The notes under the pieces were generated by a model, which saw only the letters and a list, made by a program, of their open reading frames with translations, did not search any database and had not been told where the DNA came from. Both the position numbers and the translations under genes were made by a program. 64,000 nucleotides of DNA from Candidatus Eiseniibacteriota bacterium (GTDB taxonomy: Bacteria > Eisenbacteria > RBG-16-71-46): assembly GCA_044222045.1 (NCBI GenBank), contig JBGAOB010000001.1, positions 47,364 to 111,363 on the forward strand. Reading direction: 5' to 3'. Below are positions 18,612 to 31,145 of the stretch, piece after piece. Position 1 is the stretch's first letter. Each line of letters starts with the position of its first letter.

Positions 18612-19913
18612 ATGGGTACGAGCCGCACCCGCTCGCGACGAATGGGCCTTTCATGGGCGCGGCGTCACACGGCGACCGCCCTGCGCTCCGCATGTTCCAG
18701 TTGTCTGCTGGACGAGGATCCGCGATCCGCCCGCGGCCCGGGCGAGCGACTCCTGGTGCTGGTCGTGCTCATCGCCGTCATGCCGATGCTGGCGTTCGGC
18801 ACGGCGCGCGGCGCGAGCAAGACGGGGTCGCCCGCGAGGGCCGTCGTGCGCAACATCGAACGCCAATTGCGCCGCGCCGAGCACGTGCAGGTCACGCTGC
18901 TCGATGGAACGACCCGCGAGGTGAAGGCAGCCCGCGCAACTGACGACGGGCTCCTCTACGTCGTCGCGGACAGCTCTGATGCCGGCGACACGCCTGGCGC
19001 GCGGCTCAAGCCCTGGAGCGACGTGCGGACACTCGCCGTGCTTGAGCCGTGGCGTGACCCCGGGCAATCGGTGGGAAACACATCGAAGATGGTCGTCGCG
19101 GGCACCGTCGTCGGACTCGCGGTCGGAGGCATCCTCCAGCTCCTGTACGCGGACCAGGTCGCGGATTCGCCCGGTCCCGGCTTGATCGTGGGGCTCGGCG
19201 CGTTGGGCGCGGCCGTCGGCGCGATTGGAGGAACCGCGACCGAAGCGGTGCGCCTCGGAGAGCGGCCGCAGTGGCGCGTGATCTACTCCTCCATGCCGTT
19301 CGACGGATCGCCTGCCGCTGCGGCACCGGATTCGGCCGAGGTTCCGACGAAGCAGCACTCGGTATACCCAACTCCGGCCCCGCCCGCGCCCCCGATCGTC
19401 GTGGAGCGCCCCACGGCCGCGGTCCGCGACTTGGTGCCCATGGCCGATGAGCGCACACGACTGGCGTGGACGCTCGCGCCGTCGTCGCGGGCGCGTGTCC
19501 ACGTCGGAGCCGGCAAGCCGTTCGAACTCGCGAATACCTGGCTTGCGGAAGACGGTGTTCATGGGAGTCCGGCAACGTCGACAGCAGACGACAGCCTCGT
19601 CGTGCGGTGGGGCGAGATCCGCCGCCTGGATGCTCGGGAGACCAACCGAGCCTCGGCAGCTGTCCGAGGGGCCGGTGCCGGGCTTCTCGCGGGCATGGCG
19701 GTGACGGCGCTGGTGCAATGGATGGGCGCGGGCGATTTCGGCCGGAACGACGACGAGATGAGGGGACTGCCGGGCACGATGATCACGCTGGGGGCGCCCG
19801 TCGGCCTCGGGGTCGGGTTGACGGCTGGTCTGGCTCGCGGGTGGAACGGTTCGTGGAAGCGCGTGTGGCCGGCTCGCGTGGCGACGCTTTCCACGGCGCC
19901 ATCGGCCCGCTGA
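18612..19913 (+). CDS. hypothetical membrane protein with glycine-zipper-like helices
   Basis: ATG at 18612 with GGAGG 7 nt upstream; 35/40 third-position GC in a sampled stretch; hydrophobic segments (VVAGTVVGLAVGGILQLLY, GLIVGLGALGAAVGAIGG, AGAGLLAGMAVTALVQWMGAG). The opposite-strand 428-aa ORF is Arg-rich junk. Confidence 0.55.
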   Translation: MGTSRTRSRRMGLSWARRHTATALRSACSSCLLDEDPRSARGPGERLLVLVVLIAVMPMLAFGTARGASKTGSPARAVVRNIERQLRRAEHVQVTLLDGTTREVKAARATDDGLLYVVADSSDAGDTPGARLKPWSDVRTLAVLEPWRDPGQSVGNTSKMVVAGTVVGLAVGGILQLLYADQVADSPGPGLIVGLGALGAAVGAIGGTATEAVRLGERPQWRVIYSSMPFDGSPAAAAPDSAEVPTKQHSVYPTPAPPAPPIVVERPTAAVRDLVPMADERTRLAWTLAPSSRARVHVGAGKPFELANTWLAEDGVHGSPATSTADDSLVVRWGEIRRLDARETNRASAAVRGAGAGLLAGMAVTALVQWMGAGDFGRNDDEMRGLPGTMITLGAPVGLGVGLTAGLARGWNGSWKRVWPARVATLSTAPSAR

Positions 19914-20157
19914 CACCCGCGGCTCCGACCGCGACACTTACAGTCGGGCGGGCACGCGGGTGCAGCCGGGCCGGCGGGCGGCACGGTGGACAGCATGCCC
20001 GGCGTGCAGCTTCACGTCCGGTGCCAGCACGCCGCGGCCCCGGCCGTGCGCAATACCCCATGCGTGCTGAGCGTGGCATGGGACCGGGCGGCACGCCCTG
20101 TGGACACGGCGCGGACCCTGCGCCGTCGGCAGCGACGCTCGTTGCCCACACGCACAC

Positions 20158-20195
20158 CGCCCCGGCGGGATCTCTCCCACCGGGGCGGTGCGTGT
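20158..20195 (-). terminator. atp operon terminator hairpin (CGCCCCGGCGGGATCTCTCCCACCGGGGCGG)
   Basis: Inverted repeat about 40 nt downstream of the atpC stop. Confidence 0.65.
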
Positions 20196-20233
20196 GTCGT
20201 GTCGTGATGTCGGCGCCGTCGCGCCGCGATCCG

Positions 20234-20506
20234 CTACGCCGCCGGGCCGCCGCTCACGGAGTCGGCCAGCACCGTCGCGTTGTTGTCGCTCACCTCGAAG
20301 AACCCGCCCGCGACCTGCCAGCGGTCTTCCTTCCCGCCCACGTGGCGCACCTTCAGCGTGCCCGCCGCCAGGCCCGTCACCAGGCCCGCGTGGTTCGCCA
20401 GCACGCCGAAGTAGCCTTCCGTGCCCGGGGCTTCCACGTACTCCACTTCGCCCTCGAACACCGCGCGCTCCGGCGTCAGGATCGACAACTGGAAGTGACT
20501 GGCCAT
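20234..20506 (-). CDS. atpC: F0F1 ATP synthase subunit epsilon, short form (90 aa, beta-sandwich only)
   Basis: MASHFQLSILTPERAVFEGEVEYVEAPGTEGYFGVLANHAGLVTGLAAGTLKVRHVGGKEDRWQVAGGFFEVSDNNATVLADSVSGGPAA; starts 4 nt after the atpD stop. Confidence 0.9.
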   Translation of the reverse strand: MASHFQLSILTPERAVFEGEVEYVEAPGTEGYFGVLANHAGLVTGLAAGTLKVRHVGGKEDRWQVAGGFFEVSDNNATVLADSVSGGPAA

Positions 20507-20510
20507 GGTG

Positions 20511-22822
<2,312 letters not shown>

Positions 22823-22826
22823 CGGA

Positions 22827-24335
<1,509 letters not shown>

Positions 24336-24378
24336 GGGTGCGAACCCCGAATGGTTGATGGTGGTGTGGCCGAGACGG

Positions 24379-24951
24379 CTAGACGCTCGTCTCGTACAGC
24401 TTGTGCGCGATCACCTCGAGCAGGCTCTTCACGCTGCGGTCGATCACCCGGTCGCCGATGCGCACGTAGGCGCCCCCGAGCAGGCCGGCCTCGACGTGCT
24501 CGCTGAGCACGATCTTCTTGCCGGTGAGCTGCTCCAGCTCGGCGACCAGCTTCGACTTCTCGGCCGCTTCGAACGGCACGGCGCTCACCAGCTCGGCATG
24601 CTGCAGGCCCTTGGCGCGGTCCACGATCTCGCCGAACTCCTTGGCGATCTCGTCCACCACGTTCAGGCGCTTCTTGCGCAGCAGCAGGTCGGCGAACACC
24701 GCCACGGACGGCAGCGCGCGGCCGGCGAGGCCGCGCTTGAGCGCGTCGCGCTTGTCCATGGGCGGCACCTGCGGCGAAGCCAGGAAGTCACCCGTGCGCG
24801 AGCCGGCGCGAGTCAGTTCGGCGAGCCCCAGGAGGTCCTGGTGCGCGCGAACCAGCTCGTCGAGGTACGCCGGCGTCCCGCTGCCCTTCTGCTTCTGGAT
24901 CAGCAGGTTCAGCGCCTGTGCGTAACGGCCGGCGACGGCGGTGTCTCTCAT
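24379..24951 (-). CDS. atpH: F0F1 ATP synthase subunit delta (OSCP)
   Basis: Position between atpF and atpA; [10 protein letters not shown]… OSCP-like start. Confidence 0.85.
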   Translation of the reverse strand: MRDTAVAGRYAQALNLLIQKQKGSGTPAYLDELVRAHQDLLGLAELTRAGSRTGDFLASPQVPPMDKRDALKRGLAGRALPSVAVFADLLLRKKRLNVVDEIAKEFGEIVDRAKGLQHAELVSAVPFEAAEKSKLVAELEQLTGKKIVLSEHVEAGLLGGAYVRIGDRVIDRSVKSLLEVIAHKLYETSV

Positions 24952-25439
24952 TTCAGTGCGCCCACCTCGTCGACGAACTTGCCGGCCAGCGCGCGCTGGG
25001 CGGGATCGTCGAGCTTCGTGGCCAGGATCTTCTCGGCCGTGCGCAGCGACAGCGAGATCACCTGCTCCTTCAGCAGCTCCTTGGACTTCTCGCGCTCGCG
25101 CGCGATCTCGTCCTCGGCCTTGTGGAGCCGGTCCTGTGCTTCCTGCTGGGCATGGGCGCGGATCTCCGCGGCGAGCTTCTGGCCCTCGGCCAGGCCCTCC
25201 TGGATCTTCGCGCGCTTCTCGGACTCGATCCCGCGCAGATGCGCTTCGTAGTCCGCCTTGAGCTGGTCGGCCGCCTGCTGGCGCCGCTCGGCCTCGGCGA
25301 ACTCGCCCGCGATCTTCTTGCGACGCTCTTCGAGCGCGCCGAGGATCGGTCCCCAGGCGTAGCGCGACAGGATCCAGACCATCACCACGAAGCCGAGGAT
25401 CTGGGTCAGGACGAGTTTCGGATCGATCAAACCGTTCAT
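24948..25439 (-). CDS. atpF: F0F1 ATP synthase subunit b
   Basis: N-terminal TM helix then long charged coiled coil (…ERRKKIAGEFAEAERRQQAADQLKADYEAHL…); ATGA overlap with atpH. Confidence 0.85.
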   Translation of the reverse strand: MNGLIDPKLVLTQILGFVVMVWILSRYAWGPILGALEERRKKIAGEFAEAERRQQAADQLKADYEAHLRGIESEKRAKIQEGLAEGQKLAAEIRAHAQQEAQDRLHKAEDEIAREREKSKELLKEQVISLSLRTAEKILATKLDDPAQRALAGKFVDEVGALK

Positions 25440-25510
25440 GCGTTCTCCTCGCGCCGTGCCGCGCGCCGCGCCTCAGCGCAGCGGAGCCAGCGCGAATCGA
25501 AGAGAGTTGC

Positions 25511-25744
25511 TCAGCCGATCTTGCCCGAGAGGATGAACATGGTGACGAACGCGTAGATCGTCAGAGCCTCGGCGAACGCGCCGATGATGATCATGGCGAG
25601 CTGGATGCGCGCGGTGGCCTCGGGCTGACGGCCGATCGCCTGCATGGCGCCGTTTCCGATCATGCCCAGGCCGATGCCGGAGCCGATGGCCGCGAGACCG
25701 ATGCCGAGCGGGAGCGCGAAACTGAGGGCAGTGGCGAAGTTCAT
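25511..25744 (-). CDS. atpE: F0F1 ATP synthase subunit c
   Basis: Internal ATG at 25742-25744 with GGAAGGAGAGG upstream; MNFATALSFALPLGIGLAAIGSGIGLGMIGNGAMQAIGRQPE… two-helix hairpin with the conserved carboxylate region. Confidence 0.9.
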   Translation of the reverse strand: MNFATALSFALPLGIGLAAIGSGIGLGMIGNGAMQAIGRQPEATARIQLAMIIIGAFAEALTIYAFVTMFILSGKIG

Positions 25745-25769
25745 GGGTGGACCTCTCCTTCCAGGGGTA

Positions 25770-27227
25770 TCAGTGGGCAGGGTGATGCGCTTCTTCCCCA
25801 TGCTCGTGACCGTGGTCGTCGTGAGGCAGCATGAGGAGGAAGTAAACCGTGCTGAGCATCGTGAACACGAGCGCCTGGATGGTGCTCGTCATGAGGGCGA
25901 GGAACAGGAAGATGAAGTGCAGCGGCACGCCGAACGGCAGGTGCAGCGCCGAGAGCATGGTGATGCCCAGCGACGCGAAGCCCACCAGCAGCATGTCCTC
26001 GCCGAAGATGTTGCCGAACAGACGGCACGACAGCGACACGGGCTTGGCGAGCTCGCCGATCACGTGGATCGGCAGCATCAGCGGCACCAGCATCCACTCG
26101 ATGGGGCTGCGCGGGCTGCCCGCGAGGTGGTGCACCCAGCCGAACAGGCCCAGCTCCTTGATCGCCGTGAACTGCACGAACACCACCACCGTGAGCGCCA
26201 GGCCGAACGTGACGTTCAGGTTGGACGTCGGCGACTCCATCAGCGGGATGATGCCGAACAGGTTCATGAACCAGATGTACAGGAACAGCGTGCCCAGGAA
26301 CGGCACGAACTTGGGCCCGTACTTGGGGCCCAGGATCCCGCACACGAAGTCGTAGAGGTACTCGACCAGCGACTCGACCAGGTTCGCGAGCCCGCCCGGG
26401 ACGCGCGACTTGCTGCCGGCGGCCGCGATCATGATGGCGCACAGGATCAGCGCGACGAGCATCGAGTAGAGCACCGGCTCGTAACCGTGGATGAAGTGCC
26501 CGATCGGCGTGCCGTGCGTGGCCTTGGCCATGATCCCGAAGATCGTGTCGAACTTCTTGGGACCCGCTTCACCCTCGCCCTCGGCGGCGTGCTCGCCGGC
26601 TGCCGCGTGCTCGGCGCCGGCCACGTGCTCGCCGGCAGCGGCTTCGGGGGTCGCGGCGTGCTCACCCGCGGCGGGCGCTTCGGTGGCCGTGGCGTGCTCA
26701 GCCGGCGCTTCCGTGGCCGCGGCCTGCGCGTTGGCCTGCAGCGCCCCGGACGCGTTGTCGATCGCGTACCAGCCGCCCAGCAGCAGCGCCGCCACCAGCA
26801 GCGCGGGGCCCCACGCGTTCGCGGTGAAGCGCTTCCACGCGCGCGACGCCAGCAGCATGGAGGACGCCGCCTTCAGTGTCATCACCGCGAACGGCAGCGT
26901 GAAGCCGAACGCGAGCGCGCCCGCGGGCAGCTTCATCAGCAGGAACGCCCCGGCCGCGAACAGGGCCAGCGAGCCGACGAACGCCAGGCCCAGGCGCTGG
27001 AACGCCGCGAACGTGCCGCGGTCCTCGCCGGTCAGCGCCGTGACGATGCGCTCAAGCAGCAGCAGGTTGAGCAGTGACCACGCGACGCCGGCCCCCACAC
27101 CGAGGCCGATCGCGTAGCCCGAATACACCGCGGCGAAGAGCGCGGCGACGACCCCGGCGAGCTGCGAGGTCTTGCGGACGCGAGCAAGGAATTCGAGACC
27201 CATTCTGGCGGCGGCGGCCCGACGCAT
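25770..27227 (-). CDS. atpB: ATP synthase subunit a fused in frame to an N-terminal AtpI-like four-helix region with an (A/G)EHA-repeat linker
   Basis: C-terminal ~250 aa is a classic a-subunit (…LVESLVEYLYDFV…, conserved Arg in …VSLSCRLFGNIFGEDM…). The N-terminal ~120 aa has four hydrophobic helices (AtpI-like). The linker is …EAPAEHATATEAPAAGEHAATPEAAAGEHVAGAEHAAAGEHAAEGEGE…. No in-frame stop anywhere between 27227 and 25770. Confidence 0.75.
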   Translation of the reverse strand: MRRAAAARMGLEFLARVRKTSQLAGVVAALFAAVYSGYAIGLGVGAGVAWSLLNLLLLERIVTALTGEDRGTFAAFQRLGLAFVGSLALFAAGAFLLMKLPAGALAFGFTLPFAVMTLKAASSMLLASRAWKRFTANAWGPALLVAALLLGGWYAIDNASGALQANAQAAATEAPAEHATATEAPAAGEHAATPEAAAGEHVAGAEHAAAGEHAAEGEGEAGPKKFDTIFGIMAKATHGTPIGHFIHGYEPVLYSMLVALILCAIMIAAAGSKSRVPGGLANLVESLVEYLYDFVCGILGPKYGPKFVPFLGTLFLYIWFMNLFGIIPLMESPTSNLNVTFGLALTVVVFVQFTAIKELGLFGWVHHLAGSPRSPIEWMLVPLMLPIHVIGELAKPVSLSCRLFGNIFGEDMLLVGFASLGITMLSALHLPFGVPLHFIFLFLALMTSTIQALVFTMLSTVYFLLMLPHDDHGHEHGEEAHHPAH

Positions 27228-27229
27228 GG

Positions 27230-27481
27230 TCAGGGGCGCTTGTCGCCCTCCTCTTCCTCGGACTGGACGCGACGAATGATCTGGTAGATCTCCCGGCCGG
27301 CCGCGACGAAGCCCAGCATCACGCCCAGGGCGGTGCCCCAGGGTTCGACGTGGAGTCGCTGGCCTACCCACCTGCCCAGGAACAAACCGACGAGAGGTGC
27401 CGCGATGAGCAGGGTGGGGACGGAGAGCAGAAGCCCGGACGACCGCAGAGACGAATCTTCCTTTCGCCGCGGTCCGCCCAT
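27230..27481 (-). CDS. AtpZ/AtpR-like small membrane protein (ATP synthase gene-1 family)
   Basis: 83 aa with two TM helices (…LLLSVPTLLIAAPLVGLFLGRWVGQ…ALGVMLGFVAAGREIYQIIRRV…); first gene of the atp operon; GGAG 10 nt upstream. Confidence 0.7.
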   Translation of the reverse strand: MGGPRRKEDSSLRSSGLLLSVPTLLIAAPLVGLFLGRWVGQRLHVEPWGTALGVMLGFVAAGREIYQIIRRVQSEEEEGDKRP

Positions 27482-27496
27482 AGGGTTCGCGCTCCG

Positions 27497-27510
27497 GTGA
27501 ATCTATTCAC
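27497..27510. promoter_or_regulatory. AT-rich imperfect palindrome GTGAATCTATTCAC upstream of the atp operon
   Basis: Inverted repeat GTGAAT-N2-ATTCAC 16 nt upstream of the atpZ start, in a locally AT-rich stretch (…tgaatctattcacaaacgag…) with a possible -35/-10 (TTGAAA … TGTGAATAGAT on the minus strand). Confidence 0.35.
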
Positions 27511-27856
27511 AAACGAGCCGCAACCTGCGTTCTTTCAACGGGTCGCAAGCGCGGCGCGAAACCTAGTGGATTCCCCCCACGGCGGTCAAGGCCGGATCGG
27601 GGGAAATCCTCGGCGCGGACGCCCGATCGGGCCTCGCCGACCCGAAATCGCCCCCGGATGCCCCGCTCCCGCGGCCAACCCGCTGCGAAAAGGGAAGTTG
27701 TTCGGAGCCCCGAGCGCCCCCAGGCGATCCGGCCGGCCTCGAAGCCGCCCCGGTTCTCCACGTTTTCCACAGCCCGATCGCCCGGCCTGTGGACTCCCGC
27801 CGGTCGCGAGCCCGCACGTTTGGCACGCCGCGGGCCCGCCCCTATCCTGCCGCGCC

Positions 27857-28405
27857 GTGATTCCCGTCGTGTGTCGCCAGGTCGAAGTGCATCTCTTCCG
27901 CCGCCGCAAGGGCCGCGTGGAGTTCCTGCTGCTGCGCCGAGCCCCGCACCGCTCGCTCGCGGGCGTGTGGCAGCCCGTGACCGGCGGCATCGAGCCGCGC
28001 GAGTCCGTGATGCAGGCGGCGGTGCGCGAGGTGTTCGAGGAAACCGGTCTCACGCCGCTCAAACTCTGGGCGCTCGAGCACATCGCGGTGTTCTACGAGC
28101 CCGGCCGCGACGGCGTGTTCGTGGTGCCGGTGTTCGCGGCCGAGATCGCGTGGACCGACACCGTGCACCTGTCCCACGAGCACGATCGCTACGTGTTCGC
28201 CACCGCGGCCCGCGCGGCGAAGCTCGTGCTGTGGGAGACCCAGCGCACCGCGCTCGCGGCCGTGAAGCGCGAGATCCTCGACGCCCCGGCGCACGCCGCC
28301 GCCCGCGAGGTGACCGCGCGCGTGCGCCCGGCCGCGCGCCGCACCCCGAACCGCAAACCCGCCCCGCGCGCACGCCGAACGGCCCAGCGCGCGCGGCCCC
28401 GCTGA
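27857..28405 (+). CDS. NUDIX hydrolase
   Basis: Nudix box GGIEPRESVMQAAVREVFEETGL; start assigned to GTG 27857 (no in-frame ATG), so the start is uncertain. Confidence 0.75.
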   Translation: MIPVVCRQVEVHLFRRRKGRVEFLLLRRAPHRSLAGVWQPVTGGIEPRESVMQAAVREVFEETGLTPLKLWALEHIAVFYEPGRDGVFVVPVFAAEIAWTDTVHLSHEHDRYVFATAARAAKLVLWETQRTALAAVKREILDAPAHAAAREVTARVRPAARRTPNRKPAPRARRTAQRARPR

Positions 28406-28429
28406 TCCGTCCGCAGACAGGAGACTCCG

Positions 28430-28936
28430 TTGGCCAGCACCAGTTCGTTCGACGTCACGACCGGCGTGGACATGATGGAAGTGCACAACGCCGTGGACCA
28501 GGCGCAGAAGGAAGTCTCGCAGCGCTACGACTTCAAGGGCGTCGCGGTGGAGATCACGCTCGACGAGAAGGAGAAGACCATTACGCTCGCCACGGCCGAC
28601 GAGTACAAGCTGAACGCCGTGTGGGAGGTGCTGCAGGGCAAGATGGTCAAGCGCAAGGTGCCGCTGAAGAACCTGAGCCGCGGCAAGATCGAGCCCGCGG
28701 CCAACTCCACCGTGCGCCAGTCGATCGCGCTGCAGCAGGGACTCACCAGCGACATGGCGCGCGAACTGGTGAAGGCGCTCAAGGACCAGAAGATGAAGAA
28801 GGTGCAGGCCGCCATCCAGGGCGACACCGTGCGCATCAGCTCGCCGAGCAAGGACGACCTGCAGGGCGCGATCCAGTTCCTGAAGAGCCTGGACCTGGGC
28901 GCCGAACTCAAGTTCGAGAACTTCCGCAGCAACTGA
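28430..28936 (+). CDS. yajQ: YajQ-family nucleotide-binding protein (UPF0234)
   Basis: TTG start with GGAGA 5 nt upstream; …SFDVTTGVDMMEVHNAVDQAQKEVSQRYDFKGV… and …QGDTVRISSPSKDDLQGAIQFLKSLDLGAELKFENFR match the YajQ family end to end. Confidence 0.9.
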   Translation: MASTSSFDVTTGVDMMEVHNAVDQAQKEVSQRYDFKGVAVEITLDEKEKTITLATADEYKLNAVWEVLQGKMVKRKVPLKNLSRGKIEPAANSTVRQSIALQQGLTSDMARELVKALKDQKMKKVQAAIQGDTVRISSPSKDDLQGAIQFLKSLDLGAELKFENFRSN

Positions 28937-28984
28937 AGTCCCGGCGAGCGGGGCCGCGCGGGACGCCGCGACGGCCGCGCCCCC

Positions 28985-30547
28985 TCACCGCACCGCCTCC
29001 AGCACCTGCACGAGCAGCCGCGGCAGGCGGTCGAACGTCCAGCCCACGTGCGCGCGCTCGGTGAGCCCGTGCGCGTCGCGACCCCACGGGCCGAGGTTCG
29101 CGATCTCCAGCCCCAGCCCGGGCAGCGAGCCCCACGGTTCGCGCAGCGCCGCGGGCAACGCGCGGGCCAGCGCGTCGTTCGCGCCGGTGCGGTGCGCGGC
29201 GTAGCAGGCGTCGGTGATGTACGGGTAGTAGTCGCGACTCTCCACGCCTTCGCGCGCGAGCGTGTCGCGCACGGTGCGCGTGAACGCGCCCGCGCCGGGC
29301 GCGGCGGCCGGGTACCACGGCGGGAGCGCGGCGATCACCACGGCGGGCGCGGGCAGGTTCGCGCGCCACGCGCGCCCGCGCAGCTCGGCCAGCGCGATCT
29401 CGGTGGCGTCGGCGGGCGACAAGTCGGCGTCCTCGTCCTCGGGCGAAGGCGCCTCGCCGGCGCCGCCGAGTTCCTCCAGCGCGAGCACGCGCCAGTCGTC
29501 GGCGCTCGCGGGCCAGTGGCACGGGCCCACGGCGCGCGTGCCCGCGTGCAGCGCGCGCATGCGTGCGCCCAGCGTGCCGAGCGCCTCGCGCACCACCGCG
29601 CGCACGGCGGCGAGCGAGGCCTCCACGCCGCGCTCCAACGCCATCACGTTCAGCTCGACTACGGCTTCGCCCGCGGTCTGCACGTCGTAGCCGCGCTTCA
29701 GGTCCATCAGTCGCAGCACCACCGCCGGGGGCCCGCAACGTTCGCCCGCGCGGTCCACGAGCGTGTCGGCGCGCGCCGCGGCCGCGGCCAGCTCCGCCGC
29801 CACCTGCGCGGCATCGACACCCGCGTACGGCGCACCCGCGTGCGTCGGGCTGCCGAGCACCCACAGCAGCACGCGGACCTTGCCCATGGCACCCACGTAC
29901 GCCGCGGGCTCCTCGGCGAAGTCCAGGTTGAGCGCGCCCGTCAGTTCGAGCCCGTGCCGCGCCACGAAGCCGGGCAGTGCGCGCACCGCGGCCAGCATGC
30001 CGGCGGAGCCCGCCTCCTCGTCGGGGCACAACACGCACAGCACGCCCGTTTCGGGCCGTTCGCCCTCGGCCAGCGCGTGCATCGCGGCGAGCCCCGCGGC
30101 GATGCCGCCCTTCATGTCGAGCGTGCCGCGCCCGAACATCCACGTGCCCGGCGCGCGGCGCTCCTCGGCGAGCGCTTCGTGCTGGTCGGGCGTCAGCGCC
30201 AGCGCGTCGCCCGCGGCGAGCAGCGCGCGGCGTACGCGCTCGGGCGCGAACGCCAGCCCCGGGTCGTCGGGCGCAAGGCGGCGGAACTCGTCCACGCCCA
30301 CCGTGTCGTAGTGGCCCAGCAGCAGCGTGGTGCGCGGCGTGCGACCGGCCAGGTGCGCCCACAGCACGGGGCGCCCGTCGGCGGTGCGCCAGGTGCCGTG
30401 CGGCAGCGACGCGGGGATCAGCGCTTCGATCACGGCGGCGCACGCGCGTTCGGCGGCGACATCGCCGCACACGGAGGGCGTGGCCACCAGGCGCTCGGTG
30501 AGCGCGAGCACGTGCGAGACCGGAGGGAGCGTGCGCATGGCGCGCAC
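28985..30547 (-). CDS. M20-family metallopeptidase (ArgE/DapE-like)
   Basis: GHYDTV and GRGTLDMKGG motifs; start is GTG 30547 or ATG 30538. Confidence 0.8.
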   Translation of the reverse strand: MRAMRTLPPVSHVLALTERLVATPSVCGDVAAERACAAVIEALIPASLPHGTWRTADGRPVLWAHLAGRTPRTTLLLGHYDTVGVDEFRRLAPDDPGLAFAPERVRRALLAAGDALALTPDQHEALAEERRAPGTWMFGRGTLDMKGGIAAGLAAMHALAEGERPETGVLCVLCPDEEAGSAGMLAAVRALPGFVARHGLELTGALNLDFAEEPAAYVGAMGKVRVLLWVLGSPTHAGAPYAGVDAAQVAAELAAAAARADTLVDRAGERCGPPAVVLRLMDLKRGYDVQTAGEAVVELNVMALERGVEASLAAVRAVVREALGTLGARMRALHAGTRAVGPCHWPASADDWRVLALEELGGAGEAPSPEDEDADLSPADATEIALAELRGRAWRANLPAPAVVIAALPPWYPAAAPGAGAFTRTVRDTLAREGVESRDYYPYITDACYAAHRTGANDALARALPAALREPWGSLPGLGLEIANLGPWGRDAHGLTERAHVGWTFDRLPRLLVQVLEAVR

Positions 30548-30583
30548 GGTAGCCCGGAGCGTTCGCGCGCCGCCAGCGCCGCT

Positions 30584-31081
30584 TCAGCCGCGCTGCGTCA
30601 CGCTCGCCAGCTCGCCCGGCGTGTGCCGCGTGCCGAGCAGCCGCGCGATCACCTCGTGGCGGTGCGCGAAGATGCGCTCCACGGTGGGCGTCACGAACAG
30701 CGCGCGCACGGGGCGCGACAGCGGATGCAGCGGCACCACGTACGTGACCTGGTCGCGGATCCACGTGCCGCCGTCGGCGGCCTCGAACGTGTGCAGGTGC
30801 ACCCACTTCTCGTACGGCCCCGCCAGCTGCCGGTCGACGAACGCGCGGCCGGGCTCCCAGCGGTCGATGCGCGTGCGCCACGTCATGGGCAACCCGTGCA
30901 GCGACAGCCGGTACTCGATCAGCGCCCCCTCGCGCATCTCGATCGGGAGCGGCGTGAGGATGGCGAAGTTCAGGAACGGCGGGGTGATGGCTTCGAGGTT
31001 CGCCGCGTCGGCGAAGAAGGCGAACGTCTCGGCGATGGGTGTGGGCACCCACTGTTCGGTGCGCAGGACGCGTTCACGCAT
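30584..31081 (-). CDS. SRPBCC-family (polyketide cyclase/START-like) protein
   Basis: …TEQWVPTPIAETFAFFADAANLEAITPPF…YRLSLHGLPMTWRTRIDRWEPGRAFVDRQLAGPYEKWVHLHTFE…; start chosen at the internal Met (MRERVL…). Confidence 0.6.
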   Translation of the reverse strand: MRERVLRTEQWVPTPIAETFAFFADAANLEAITPPFLNFAILTPLPIEMREGALIEYRLSLHGLPMTWRTRIDRWEPGRAFVDRQLAGPYEKWVHLHTFEAADGGTWIRDQVTYVVPLHPLSRPVRALFVTPTVERIFAHRHEVIARLLGTRHTPGELASVTQRG

Positions 31082-31145
31082 GCCCCGTCCGATGCGCCGT
31101 GCCCGCCGCAAGAGCGGTGCGCAAGGTTGCTCGCGGCGCGGGACG

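Noticed and set aside
25770-27371. Upstream 48 aa of the atpB track ORF (MGRPATPRRTLGH… to 27371)
   Set aside because: It overlaps the atpZ coding region in another frame and is Arg/Pro-rich. The start was moved to the ATG at 27227, directly after the atpZ stop.
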